Part shown: positions 42,044 to 51,455 of the stretch, piece by piece
How the letters are laid out: each line of letters starts with the position of its first letter
Position numbering within the stretch: position 1 is the first letter of the stretch
Assembly (NCBI RefSeq): GCF_023266535.1
Contig: NZ_JAHFPY010000002.1
Coordinates: 10,217-74,216, forward strand
Direction of reading: 5' to 3'
DNA from: Sphingomonas sp.
GTDB taxonomy: Bacteria > Pseudomonadota > Alphaproteobacteria > Sphingomonadales > Sphingomonadaceae
Length of the DNA stretch: 64,000 nucleotides
Position numbers and translations under genes: made by a program
Notes under the pieces: model-generated
The model's database searches: none
Told to the model about the DNA's origin: nothing
What the model saw: only the letters and a program-made list of their open reading frames with translations

Positions 42044-42994
42044 TCAAACTCCAAGCGAAGCGCGCGGGTTGCCGCCCCCGCTCCACCCTTCGACGAACTG
42101 CTGGAGCGCTTCGTCGTGCGCCGGCACGTCGATGGCGAGCTCGATGATCTGGTCGCCGCGGCTGCCGTCCTTGGCGGTGAAGCCACGGCCCTTGAGCCGC
42201 AACAGCTTGCCCGAGCTCGATCCCTTGGGAATGGTGACCATCACCGGTCCTTCGGCGGTCGGCACTTTGACCTTGGCTCCTTGGACCGCTTCCTTCAGCG
42301 TCACCGGCAGGGTCAGGCGAATGTTTTTGCCGTCGCGGACGTAGAAACTGTGCGAGCCAATTTCGACCGTAACGATCGCGTCGCCCTTCCCGCCCGGTCC
42401 CTCCTGGCCTTGCCCGGTCAGGCGAATCTTGGTGCCATCCTCGACCCCCTTGGGCAGCTTGAGATCGATGGTCTTGCCGCCGGCCAGCGTAACGCGCTGA
42501 TCCTTGAGGCAGGCTGCGTCGACGAAGCTGACCTTCAGGCGATAATTTACTTCCGCGCCCTTCTGCGGCGCGCGCGCGCGGCCGAACCCACCGAACGGAC
42601 CGCCGCCCCCGGCCCCGCGCCGGGCTCCGCCCGAACCGAACAGGCCTTCGAACAAATCTGAAAGGTCGGCCGCGTCAGCGGTAAATCCACCTGGAAATCC
42701 TTCCGCTCCGCCCGCGCCACCAGAGCGATGGCCAGCCCCGCTACCGCCAAATCCGCCACCGAATGGCATCCGCGGGTTGCCGTCCTCGTCGATCTCCCCG
42801 CGGTCGTAGCGGGCACGCTTGTCCTTGTCGGACAGGAGGTCATAGGCCTGGGTAACCTTGGCGAACCGCTCGGCCGCCTTGGGGTTGTCCTTGTTGCGAT
42901 CGGGATGCAGCTGCTTGGCCAGGCTGCGATAGGCCTTCTTGATTTCAGCCTCACTCGCCCCGCGCTTGATCCCCAGCTGCTGGTAAAGATCCAT
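42044..42994 (-). CDS. DnaJ-domain co-chaperone without zinc finger (CbpA-like)
   Basis: J domain MDLYQQLGIKRGASEAEIKKAYRSLAKQLHPDRN, a G/F-rich linker and DnaJ C-terminal domains. No CxxCxGxG repeats. Confidence 0.88.
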   Translation of the reverse strand: MDLYQQLGIKRGASEAEIKKAYRSLAKQLHPDRNKDNPKAAERFAKVTQAYDLLSDKDKRARYDRGEIDEDGNPRMPFGGGFGGSGAGHRSGGAGGAEGFPGGFTADAADLSDLFEGLFGSGGARRGAGGGGPFGGFGRARAPQKGAEVNYRLKVSFVDAACLKDQRVTLAGGKTIDLKLPKGVEDGTKIRLTGQGQEGPGGKGDAIVTVEIGSHSFYVRDGKNIRLTLPVTLKEAVQGAKVKVPTAEGPVMVTIPKGSSSGKLLRLKGRGFTAKDGSRGDQIIELAIDVPAHDEALQQFVEGWSGGGNPRASLGV

Positions 42995-43095
42995 ATGTCC
43001 CTTTCGTCTTGCCAACCCGTTTCCAAGGCCAGCTTGCATCCGTCAAGCACCGCCAACCCTCGACAGCCGATATTCAAGCGGGCAAAGGGCCGCGC

Positions 43096-43674
43096 ATGGC
43101 CGACGATCCTTTCGCCCTGTTCGATGCCTGGTACGCCGACGCGAAGGCCGCCGAGATCAATGATCCCGATGCGATGGCCCTGGCGACGGCGACAGCCACG
43201 GGAGCACCGTCGGTCAGAATGGTCCTGTTGAAAGGCCATGGCCCGGATGGGTTTGTGTTTTACACCAATGCCGATAGCCGGAAGGGCGGAGAATTGGCGG
43301 CCAATGGCCAGGCCTCCTTGCTGTTTCACTGGAAGTCGCTGCGCCGCCAGGTGCGTATCGAAGGCCGGGTCGAGGAGGTCAGCGCCGAGGAGGCCGACGC
43401 TTATTTCGCCACGCGAGGCCGGGATTCGCAGATCGGCGCGCACGCATCGGACCAGTCCAGGCCGATGGCTTCACGCGGCGAGTTCCTTGCGAGGGTCGCC
43501 AAGGTCGCCGCGCGTTATCTCGTGGGACCAGTGCCCCGTCCTGACCGCTGGACCGGCTTTCGCGTAATGCCTCAGCGGATGGAATTCTGGACCGACCGGG
43601 CGCACCGACTCCACGAGCGCCGCCTGTTCGTGCGCGACGGCAGCGGCTGGACCGAAGGATTGTTGTACCCATGA
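43096..43674 (+). CDS. pdxH: pyridoxamine 5'-phosphate oxidase
   Basis: DPFALFDAWY, MALATA, RMVLLKG, and C-terminal RMEFWTDRAHRLHERRLF. Confidence 0.93.
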   Translation: MADDPFALFDAWYADAKAAEINDPDAMALATATATGAPSVRMVLLKGHGPDGFVFYTNADSRKGGELAANGQASLLFHWKSLRRQVRIEGRVEEVSAEEADAYFATRGRDSQIGAHASDQSRPMASRGEFLARVAKVAARYLVGPVPRPDRWTGFRVMPQRMEFWTDRAHRLHERRLFVRDGSGWTEGLLYP

Positions 43675-44648
43675 GCGGCGCGCACCATCACCATCATGGG
43701 CACAGCCATCACCATGGCCACGCGCATGGCGGCGCCGATCGCGGCACGCTGACTCAGCGAGCCGCGCTAGCGAGCATCTCGATGGCGCTGTTCCTGGTGG
43801 TCGTGAAGAGTTACGCCACCTGGGACACCAAATCGGTGGCGATGTTGGGGTCGCTGGCCGACACCACGCTCGACCTGATTGCCAGCCTGATCACCTTCTT
43901 CGGCGTCCGCTGGGCGGCGATGCCGGCCGACGAAGAACATCGTTATGGCCATGGCAAGGCCGAGGCACTGGCTGCCCTGATCCAGGTCATCCTGATCACC
44001 GTCTCGGCCATGGGCATCATCTGGCGGGCGACCGACCGGCTGATGAGTGGCAAGCCGACCGAGGGGATGGAGCTGGGCATCGGCGTGTCGATCATCGCCA
44101 TGCTCGCGACCTTCGCCCTGCTAGCCTACCAGCGTCATGTGATCCGGAGGACGGGGTCGGTCGCGATCATGACCGACCATGTCCATTACCAGACCGACGT
44201 GCTGCTGAACCTGTCGGTGATCGCAGCACTGGTGCTCGATCAGCTGCTCGGCTGGCGGCTGGCCGATCCACTGTTTGGCTTCGCCATCGCCGGCTGGCTA
44301 ATGTATGGCGCCTGGGGTGCCGCCAGCCATTCGGTCGACCAGCTGATGGACCGGGAATGGCCCGATCATGAGCGCGAGGCCTTCATTGCAGCGGCGCAGG
44401 AGTATCCGGAACTGGCCGGGCTGCACGACCTTCGCACGCGAACCTCGGGAGCGCATCGCTTTGTCCAGTTCCATGTCTGGGTGCCGGGCGACTGGACTGT
44501 GGTCGAGGCCCATGAGCGGATGGATGCGGTCGAAGAGAAGTTGCAACAGCGCTTCCCTGCGTGCGAAATCATCATTCACCTCGACCCCGAGGGGCATACC
44601 GACCGGCCGGGAATCCTGCCCAAACATCTGACGGAGAGCGCGCGATGA
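43671..44648 (+). CDS. cation diffusion facilitator family transporter with His-rich N-terminus
   Basis: MSGAHHHHHGHSHHHGHAHGG, six TM helices, SLADTTLD and HYQTD metal-site motifs, and a cytoplasmic C-terminal domain. The start overlaps the pdxH stop. Confidence 0.9.
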   Translation: MSGAHHHHHGHSHHHGHAHGGADRGTLTQRAALASISMALFLVVVKSYATWDTKSVAMLGSLADTTLDLIASLITFFGVRWAAMPADEEHRYGHGKAEALAALIQVILITVSAMGIIWRATDRLMSGKPTEGMELGIGVSIIAMLATFALLAYQRHVIRRTGSVAIMTDHVHYQTDVLLNLSVIAALVLDQLLGWRLADPLFGFAIAGWLMYGAWGAASHSVDQLMDREWPDHEREAFIAAAQEYPELAGLHDLRTRTSGAHRFVQFHVWVPGDWTVVEAHERMDAVEEKLQQRFPACEIIIHLDPEGHTDRPGILPKHLTESAR

Positions 44649-45436
44649 CGACGCCCCTACCCCTGTTCCAGGTCGATGCGTTCGCCGAGAAGCCGTTCAC
44701 CGGCAATCCGGCGGCGGTGATGCCGCTCAACGAATGGCTGCCCGACGAGGTGATGCAGGCGATCGGCGCCGAGAATAACCTCGCGGAAACCGCCTTCACC
44801 GTGCCGAGCCAGCACGACGATGCCGATTACGACCTGCGCTGGTTCACGCCGACCGTCGAAATCAAGATGTGCGGCCACGCGACGCTGGGCGCAGCCCATA
44901 TCCTGCTGCACGGTGAGCGGATCCGCTTTGCCACACAGTCCGGCATACTCACGGTGACGCGGGACGCCGACGATCCGTCCCTGCTGAAGCTCGACATGCC
45001 GTCAGCGCCGCCGCAGCCGGGGCCCTTGCCGGAATTGCTTGCCGCGCTGGGCGTCGAGGGCGAGACCTTCATTAGTCGCTCGGGCAACGGCAATGCGGTC
45101 GTGCTGCTGGCCGACGAAGCGGCGGTCCGGGCCGTGGCGCCGGATTTCCTGACGCTGAGGAAATTGCCCTATCTGGTGTCGGTGACCGCGCCCGGCGACG
45201 AACAGGACGTCGCGAGCCGGGTATTCGCTGCTTACCACGGCATCGACGAGGACCCGGTGACCGGATCGGCCCACACCGCGCTGGTGCCCTTCTGGGCCGA
45301 GCGGCTCGGCCGGCACCGCTTCTCCGCGCTTCAGGCGAGCAAGCGGACCGGGCTGATCGACTGCGAGCTCAAGGGCGACCGCGTGGTCCTCGGCGGCCAC
45401 GCGGTTACCGTGATCGAGGGCTATTTCCAGATCTAA
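44645..45436 (+). CDS. PhzF family isomerase-like protein
   Basis: LPLFQVDAFAEKPFTGNPAAV, ETAF, FTPTVEIKMCGHATLGAA and EDPVTGSAH motifs. The start overlaps the CDF stop (ATGA). Confidence 0.88.
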   Translation: MTTPLPLFQVDAFAEKPFTGNPAAVMPLNEWLPDEVMQAIGAENNLAETAFTVPSQHDDADYDLRWFTPTVEIKMCGHATLGAAHILLHGERIRFATQSGILTVTRDADDPSLLKLDMPSAPPQPGPLPELLAALGVEGETFISRSGNGNAVVLLADEAAVRAVAPDFLTLRKLPYLVSVTAPGDEQDVASRVFAAYHGIDEDPVTGSAHTALVPFWAERLGRHRFSALQASKRTGLIDCELKGDRVVLGGHAVTVIEGYFQI

Positions 45437-47037
45437 CGAGCTGGCCGATCCGAAAGATGATCGGCCAGACGCAGCGCAAGCGCGGCAATGGTCAGGGTCG
45501 GGTTGGCCCAGCCGCTAGTCACGAACACCGAGCTGCCGGCGACGTAGAGGTTGGCATAGCCATGCACGCGGCAATTGGCATCGACTACGCCTTGAGCCGG
45601 ATCATCGCTCATCCGGGTGCCGCCCATCTGGTGGTAATTGGCGATCGGATGGTTGCCGACGGTCAGGTCGATCGGCCACTGCGGGCCGGGTTGGTCCAGC
45701 CAGTCGCTGGCGGCCACCGTTCCCAGGCCAAGCCGGCGAAATTCAACGTCGATGACCTCGGCCATGACCTTGGCGGTGTGCTTGTCGATGTCGGTCATGC
45801 GCCAGTCGAGATCGGCCCGCTGCTGGCCGAGTGAATCGCGTTCGGCTGACAGGATAACCCGGCTGTCGGGGTTCGGTGCCTGCTCGCCGCGCGTGATCAC
45901 GTAAAGATCGGTGAGACCCGCCCGGGCCCGCGCTTTTTCGATCGTGTTGCGCACTTCGCGGTGGATCCATGCCCGAACTCCGCGATAGAGTTGGTCGAGC
46001 TTCCGGCCGCGGCGTGTCGGCGCCACCGAATGCACCATGCGATGGTAGATCTTGTTGCCCAGGGCGACGCCGCGCGCCGGATCACGCTGCAGCTTGAAGG
46101 TGACGATGCTGTTGAGCGCGCCACGATCACGCTGGGCGTCGTCGCCAAGCCTGAGGGCAGGTGCCAGCGGCGGCCCGGCAGGCATGAAACGTTTCTGGAA
46201 CATGGCCCAGATGTCATAGGCCTTGTCGGTGTTGATCCTGGCGATCCGGCCAGCGGGATGCTCCATGAAGCAACGCCCGACCTGGTCCGCGCTATTGCCG
46301 ATGCCGTGCGATTCGACATCGTTGGATGCCAGCAACAGCCGGGAGTTTTCGATCGCGCCGCAGGCTAGGATATAGCGACCTGCCCGAACCTTGCGCGTCT
46401 CTCCGCCCAACGGCCGCACCTCGACATGGTCGATCGATGCGGCATTGCCCGCCGCCTGCAGCTTGACGACATTGGCATGGAGCAGGACGCGGAGCCTGGG
46501 CGACGCAAACATGTCGCCGGCGCGCGACGCCGTAAATCGCTCGCTGACCTCGTCGAAGCGCCATAGCTTGGCGTCAAGCTGTCCAGGCTTAAACCCCGGA
46601 TCCGTCAGCCCTAGCTCCCGCCATACCTCCTGTTCGTAGTTGAAGTCGCCAATATCAAAGAGCTTGTGGGCCTCGCGATAATGGGGATCCAGATCGGCGC
46701 GCGTAATCGGCCAGCCGCTATGCGGCACCCAGTCACGTTTCACGAAATCGATCGAGTCCATCAGCGCGCAACGTCCGCCCCAGATCGCCACCGTGCCGCC
46801 GAAGAAGCGCAGCCGGCTATGATCGAGCTCATAATAGGGCATGCCAATATTGGCCCCCTGATAAAGCGCCTGCGTGGCCTCCTCATAATCAAGGCCGCCA
46901 CTTTCCAGCAGGCAGACCGAATGGCCCTTTTCGACCAGCCGGCGCGCAAGGATAATGCCGGCAGCGCCCGCGCCGACGATGCAAATATCAGACGGCACGT
47001 CGGCCGCGCCCGGTTCCTTCCGCAAATCGATCAGCAT
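45433..47037 (-). CDS. GMC family FAD-dependent oxidoreductase
   Basis: DICIVGAGAAGIILARRL FAD-binding motif and a C-terminal GMC pattern (HQMGGTRMS...VVD...RVHGYANLYVAGSSVF). Confidence 0.85.
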   Translation of the reverse strand: MLIDLRKEPGAADVPSDICIVGAGAAGIILARRLVEKGHSVCLLESGGLDYEEATQALYQGANIGMPYYELDHSRLRFFGGTVAIWGGRCALMDSIDFVKRDWVPHSGWPITRADLDPHYREAHKLFDIGDFNYEQEVWRELGLTDPGFKPGQLDAKLWRFDEVSERFTASRAGDMFASPRLRVLLHANVVKLQAAGNAASIDHVEVRPLGGETRKVRAGRYILACGAIENSRLLLASNDVESHGIGNSADQVGRCFMEHPAGRIARINTDKAYDIWAMFQKRFMPAGPPLAPALRLGDDAQRDRGALNSIVTFKLQRDPARGVALGNKIYHRMVHSVAPTRRGRKLDQLYRGVRAWIHREVRNTIEKARARAGLTDLYVITRGEQAPNPDSRVILSAERDSLGQQRADLDWRMTDIDKHTAKVMAEVIDVEFRRLGLGTVAASDWLDQPGPQWPIDLTVGNHPIANYHQMGGTRMSDDPAQGVVDANCRVHGYANLYVAGSSVFVTSGWANPTLTIAALALRLADHLSDRPAR

Positions 47038-47055
47038 GCCGGCATCGCGCGAAGC

Positions 47056-48969
47056 TTAAGCTGCCGCGCGTTTTCCCTCCGTCTTTGTCTGTTGCCACCA
47101 GCAACTGAACATGGCGATGGCGTAGAGGGTGCGGCCGTGATTGGCGAGGCTGGCGTCATGTTCCCGGAACAATTGTTCGACCGCTTCGGGGCGAAGGTAG
47201 CCGCTTTGCCTCGCGCCACTGTCGTTCCATGCTTCCCGGGCGAAGCGGCTGAAGTCGCCGCGGAACCATTCGGCGAACGGGATCTGGAATCCGCGTTTGC
47301 GCTTGCTTAGCAGGCCCGTAGGCAGCCACGGCTCCATGGCCTCGCGCAACACCAGCTTTCCCGTCCCGCCGCGCCGCTTCATCTTCGTCGGCATGGTCAG
47401 GCTCCAGTCGACAAAGTCATGCGACAGGAAAGGCACGCGCGCCTCGAGCGAATGGGCCATGCTGCCGCGGTCCAGCCGGTTGAGCAGTGAACCCGGCATG
47501 TGGACCGTGAGATCGGCGAGCATGAACTGCTCCAACGGATCGAGTTGGTGTGCAGCCTCGTCGAAATATTCCTGTTCGAGCCGCTTGTATGAGCCTGGGC
47601 CGTCGAACCGGTCGAAGAATGACTCCTGATAGAGACGCTTGCGAATGTCGGGAGCGGAAATCTCGGTAGCAGCGAAGAAGCGCTGGAAGCTGTTGTCGAG
47701 CAACGCCGCGTCGCGGAACCTGCGAACGTTCTGAACGCGGTAATTCCACCACGGCGAGCCATTGAGCGGCAATTCGTCGATCAGTTTCGAAAGCGGCCCC
47801 AACGACTTGATCAAGGGCTTGAGTCGAGCCGCCAGCGCTGCCGTCCGCTGCCGCTTGTAACCGCCGAACACCTCATCGGAGCCTTCCCCGCACAGCACCA
47901 CCTTGACCTGCTGCGCAGCGAACCGGGACAGATGCCAGATCGGGATTGCAGCCGTTGCCGCGCAGGGTTCGTCGAAGCTGGATTGGACCATCGGCAACAG
48001 GTCGCCGGCGGCGATCGGCTCCAGCGGCAAGACATGATGCTCCGCCCCCAGGTGCCTGGCGATCGCCGCTGCTTCCGCCGTCTCATCGATCGACGTCGAC
48101 GGAAAACCGATCGTGAATGCCTTTACCGGCGCCTGCGCAACCTGGCTCATTGCTGCCGTGATCGCGCTTGAATCAACGCCGCCGGACAAGAAAGATCCGA
48201 CCGTGACATCCGCCAGCATATGGCGCTTGACCGTGTTCAGCACGCGCGCGCGGGTTTCCTCGACCCACTCTTCGCTGGACAAGGCCAGGTTCGGCGCGAA
48301 CCTGGGCTTCCAATATTGCTTCAGCTCCATTCCGCCGGCATCGACCCGCAGGAAATGGCCTGCCGCCAGGCTCTGAGCTTGCTGGAAGATCGAGCGTGTC
48401 GGCTGGACATGGCCGAAGCTGAAAAAATCGTGCACCGCTCGATCGTCGATATCCCACTCATGGTTGGGGAGCGTTCGCAGCGCGCGAATTTCCGATGCAA
48501 AGGCGATGCCGCCATGCTGCTTCGTCAGATAGAGCGGTTTGATGCCGAGGGGGTCGCGGGCCAGCGTCAGCCGGCGCGCTTCGCGGTCCCAAACCGCCGC
48601 GGCAAACATCCCCTCGAACCTGATCCAGGCCTCGTCGCCCCATTGGGCGAAAGCCAGCAGCAATGTTTCGGTGTCGCTGTGCGTCCTGAACGCAATGCCG
48701 GAACGCTCCAGCTCCACCCGCACATCGAGATGATTATACAACTCACCATTGAACACGATGGCATAACGGCCATCGGGCGTGAACATCGGCTGATGCCCAC
48801 CTTCGATATCGATGATGCTGAGCCGGCGCATGCCGAAGCCGAAGTCGCCATCGACGAAATAGCCGCTGTCATCGGGGCCGCGAGATACAATCGTGTCGCA
48901 CATCCGCTCCACGACCGCCTTCGACACAGGTTGGTTAGACCGCCTGTACCACCCCGCTATGCCGCACAT
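47056..48969 (-). CDS. asparagine synthase (glutamine-hydrolysing) family amidotransferase
   Basis: MCGIAGW N-terminal nucleophile and the SGGVDSS PP-loop. 637 aa. Lies 18 bp upstream of the GMC gene. Confidence 0.9.
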   Translation of the reverse strand: MCGIAGWYRRSNQPVSKAVVERMCDTIVSRGPDDSGYFVDGDFGFGMRRLSIIDIEGGHQPMFTPDGRYAIVFNGELYNHLDVRVELERSGIAFRTHSDTETLLLAFAQWGDEAWIRFEGMFAAAVWDREARRLTLARDPLGIKPLYLTKQHGGIAFASEIRALRTLPNHEWDIDDRAVHDFFSFGHVQPTRSIFQQAQSLAAGHFLRVDAGGMELKQYWKPRFAPNLALSSEEWVEETRARVLNTVKRHMLADVTVGSFLSGGVDSSAITAAMSQVAQAPVKAFTIGFPSTSIDETAEAAAIARHLGAEHHVLPLEPIAAGDLLPMVQSSFDEPCAATAAIPIWHLSRFAAQQVKVVLCGEGSDEVFGGYKRQRTAALAARLKPLIKSLGPLSKLIDELPLNGSPWWNYRVQNVRRFRDAALLDNSFQRFFAATEISAPDIRKRLYQESFFDRFDGPGSYKRLEQEYFDEAAHQLDPLEQFMLADLTVHMPGSLLNRLDRGSMAHSLEARVPFLSHDFVDWSLTMPTKMKRRGGTGKLVLREAMEPWLPTGLLSKRKRGFQIPFAEWFRGDFSRFAREAWNDSGARQSGYLRPEAVEQLFREHDASLANHGRTLYAIAMFSCWWQQTKTEGKRAAA

Positions 48970-49139
48970 GTCATTGCCCCGGCATCCCTAACGACAGGCC
49001 GCTCAGCTGCCCCCTAGGGGACTGATGCGGCTTTTACCGACCGCCTGCAAGATTTTGCAGCCGGACGACCGCTTTTGTCCTGGAATATGGACGTCACCGT
49101 TACGCTATAACCACAGCTCTTGGACTGAACCGCCATGCA

Positions 49140-50252
49140 TCAGGCGGCTGCGGCCTCCGCCAATGCCGCGGCTTCGGTAGCGACGATGGTGCCGCCGCCG
49201 AGCAGCCGGTCGCCGTCGTAGAAGACCGCCGACTGGCCCGGCGCGACGCCATATTCCGGCGTGGCGAAGCTCAGCTTCTCGCCGTCCCATGTGCCGCCGA
49301 CCGGTCGCGCGAGCGAGCGCACCTTGGCCTCGACCCGCACCTGATCCTCGGCCAGCCAGTTGATCCCCTCGACCCTGGCAGCGGCAACTGCCAGAGCCCG
49401 GCGCGGACCGACCACCAACCGCCGCTCTTCCGGTTCGATCCGGACGACATAGAGCGGTTCGCGCTGGCCACCGATCTCGATCCCGCGGCGCTGGCCGATG
49501 GTGAAATGAACCACCCCCTGGTGCTCGCCGAGAACTTCGCCGTCGAGGCCGACAATCGCGCCCGGCGCGGCGGTTTCGGGCCGAAGGCGCTTGACCAGCC
49601 CGGCATAGTCGCCGTCGGGAACGAAGCAGATGTCCTGGCTGTCAGGCTTGTCCGCCACCACCAGCCCGGCCTCGACCGCCATCCGGCGGGTCTCGCTCTT
49701 GGGCAAGTCGCCGAGCGGGAAGCGCAGATAATCGAGCTGGTCCTTGGTCGTGCCGTAAAGGAAATAGCTTTGGTCGCGCGAAGGGTCCCGGCCCTTCCAC
49801 AGCTCGACGCGCCCGTCCCGTTCGACACGGCGGACATAATGTCCGGTTGCGAGGCAATTGGCGCCGAGGTCGCGAGCGAAGGCGATCAGGTCGGTGAACT
49901 TCACCCCCTGGTTGCACAGCGAGCAGGGCACCGGCGTGCGCCCCTGGGCATATTCGTCGGCAAACCTGTCAATCACGCCGGTCCGGAACCGGCTTTCATA
50001 GTCGAGCACATAATGGGCGATACCGAGCCGATCACAAACCGTCTTGGCGTCGTAGATGTCCTGGCCGGCGCAGCAGCTGCCCGAGCGTTTCACCGCCTCG
50101 CCGTGATCGTAGAGCTGCAGGGTGACGCCGATCACCTCTGCGCCGGTCTTTGCCGCCAGCGCGGCGACCACGCTCGAATCGACGCCGCCCGACATGGCGA
50201 CGACGATACGGGCATCGCGAGCGTCGCGGCCAAGCTGGAAATCGATGGTCAT
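49140..50252 (-). CDS. mnmA: tRNA 2-thiouridine(34) synthase
   Basis: [13 protein letters not shown]-loop, the CC..QD motif, and conserved catalytic Cys residues. Confidence 0.93.
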   Translation of the reverse strand: MTIDFQLGRDARDARIVVAMSGGVDSSVVAALAAKTGAEVIGVTLQLYDHGEAVKRSGSCCAGQDIYDAKTVCDRLGIAHYVLDYESRFRTGVIDRFADEYAQGRTPVPCSLCNQGVKFTDLIAFARDLGANCLATGHYVRRVERDGRVELWKGRDPSRDQSYFLYGTTKDQLDYLRFPLGDLPKSETRRMAVEAGLVVADKPDSQDICFVPDGDYAGLVKRLRPETAAPGAIVGLDGEVLGEHQGVVHFTIGQRRGIEIGGQREPLYVVRIEPEERRLVVGPRRALAVAAARVEGINWLAEDQVRVEAKVRSLARPVGGTWDGEKLSFATPEYGVAPGQSAVFYDGDRLLGGGTIVATEAAALAEAAAA

Positions 50253-50543
50253 GGAGGTGGTGGATCTAGTGCGTCTTTACTCGAAATTCACCCTGTTGGG
50301 CTAGAGCAAGCGTTCCCATTCGGGGGCGAGGGACGGTTCTTTGGCGCGATTCGACGGCAATCTTGAGGCAGCAGGGGAGGCGAAGCTCGACATCGATGAG
50401 CTTCTTTCAGCCTTGTCGGCGGCCTCGAATTTGGGCCGCGAAGAACGCCAGGATGCAATCGCCTGTTTTCTCTCGGTCAGCGAGGGGTGGAAGGACGCCA
50501 GGGCAACGCTCAGGGGCACCTTCGCATCCATGCCGCGACCGTC

Positions 50544-50562
50544 ATGGTTAACAGGCAATAAG
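50544..50562. promoter_or_regulatory. candidate CtrA box upstream of sciP
   Basis: TTAACCAT 8-mer on the minus strand (50544-50551) overlaps plus-strand TTAA-N7-TAAG (50548-50562). About 105-120 bp upstream of the sciP start. Confidence 0.35.
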
Positions 50563-50665
50563 GATTGATGAAGGTTGAAGTTACCGTTGTGTTTCAGACC
50601 TTCTCAACGGCCTTCGGTTAAAAGCTGGCTATCGGTTGAAGTTTAACGTGACTGAGGTTGAGTAG

Positions 50666-50965
50666 ATGCTTGAGAATCAGAAAATTCGTCCCGCGCAGGT
50701 GATTGGGCCGCTTGGCGAACCGCTGACGCTCGATTCGCTTCCGCCGGCCTCGACGACCCGCTGGGTCGTGCGCCGCAAGGCGGAGGTTGTGGCTGCGGTT
50801 GCGGGCGGATTGCTGACCGTCGACGAAGCCTGCCAGCGCTATACGCTGAGCCTGGAAGAGTTCACCGGCTGGCAGCGCGCGGTCGACCGCAGCGGCATGC
50901 CGGGCCTCAGGGTCACGCGCATCAAGCATTACCGCGATCAGTACGAGCGCCAGCAGCGCTATTAA
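50666..50965 (+). CDS. sciP: DUF1153 protein, SciP-like small CtrA inhibitor
   Basis: VIGPLGEPLTLDSLPPASTTRWVVRRKAEVVAAVAGGLLTVDEACQRYTLSLEEFTGWQRAV closely follows the Caulobacter SciP pattern. Confidence 0.85.
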   Translation: MLENQKIRPAQVIGPLGEPLTLDSLPPASTTRWVVRRKAEVVAAVAGGLLTVDEACQRYTLSLEEFTGWQRAVDRSGMPGLRVTRIKHYRDQYERQQRY

Positions 50966-50995
50966 TTCGGTCCGTCCCCAGTAGGACCAGAGCAT

Positions 50996-51025
50996 GGGCC
51001 CCGTCGCAAGACGGGGCCCTTTTTT
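50996..51025 (+). terminator. rho-independent terminator after sciP
   Basis: GGGCCCCGTC-GCAA-GACGGGGCCC perfect 10-bp stem followed by a T6 run. Confidence 0.8.
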
Positions 51026-51072
51026 ATCCACAGCTTCGATTCCCCGGCACTGGACCCCGGCTTTGCTTTGCC

Positions 51073-51098
51073 GGAACCAGTTGCTTGCATCGTGCGTC
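51073..51098 (+). promoter_or_regulatory. candidate EcfG-type (general stress sigma) promoter
   Basis: GGAAC-N17-CGTC against the consensus GGAAC-N16-17-CGTT. About 55 nt upstream of the YmgE-family gene. Confidence 0.35.
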
Positions 51099-51152
51099 CT
51101 GATGCGGCGAGGCGCCCTGCGTAGACTGGGCAGCCCAACAGGAGGAATGAAC

Positions 51153-51407
51153 ATGGGTATCATCGTATGGCTTGTCGTCGGTGGCGTCGTTGGCTGGCTC
51201 GCCAGCCTGATCATGCGCACCGACGCCCAGCAAGGCATCCTCATGAACATCGCTGTCGGCATTATCGGCGCAGTGATTGCCGGGCTGATTCTCGGCAAGG
51301 GCAACATCAACCAGGGCCTGACCATCGAAACCTTCCTATGGTCGCTACTTGGCGCGGTGATCCTGCTGGCGGTCATCAACCTGGTCCGCCGCGGCAGCGT
51401 TAGATAG
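51153..51407 (+). CDS. GlsB/YeaQ/YmgE family stress-response membrane protein
   Basis: GGAGGA SD 7 nt before the ATG. MGIIVWLVVGGVVGWLASLIM is the typical transglycosylase-associated family N-terminus. 84 aa. Confidence 0.85.
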   Translation: MGIIVWLVVGGVVGWLASLIMRTDAQQGILMNIAVGIIGAVIAGLILGKGNINQGLTIETFLWSLLGAVILLAVINLVRRGSVR

Positions 51408-51424
51408 CCAGAGACGGCGGCCCC

Positions 51425-51448
51425 CCTCCCCGAGAATTCTCGGGGAGG
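51425..51448. repeat. perfect 24-bp palindrome CCTCCCCGAGAATTCTCGGGGAGG
   Basis: Lies between convergent genes (stops at 51407 and 51456). Likely a bidirectional terminator or REP-like element. Confidence 0.7.
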
Positions 51449-51455
51449 ATAATCG

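Noticed and set aside
50301-50558. 85-aa minus-strand ORF upstream of sciP
   Set aside because: It is Ser/Ala/Pro/Arg-rich with no start signal, and it overlaps the somewhat more plausible plus-strand small ORF. I treat the region as regulatory.
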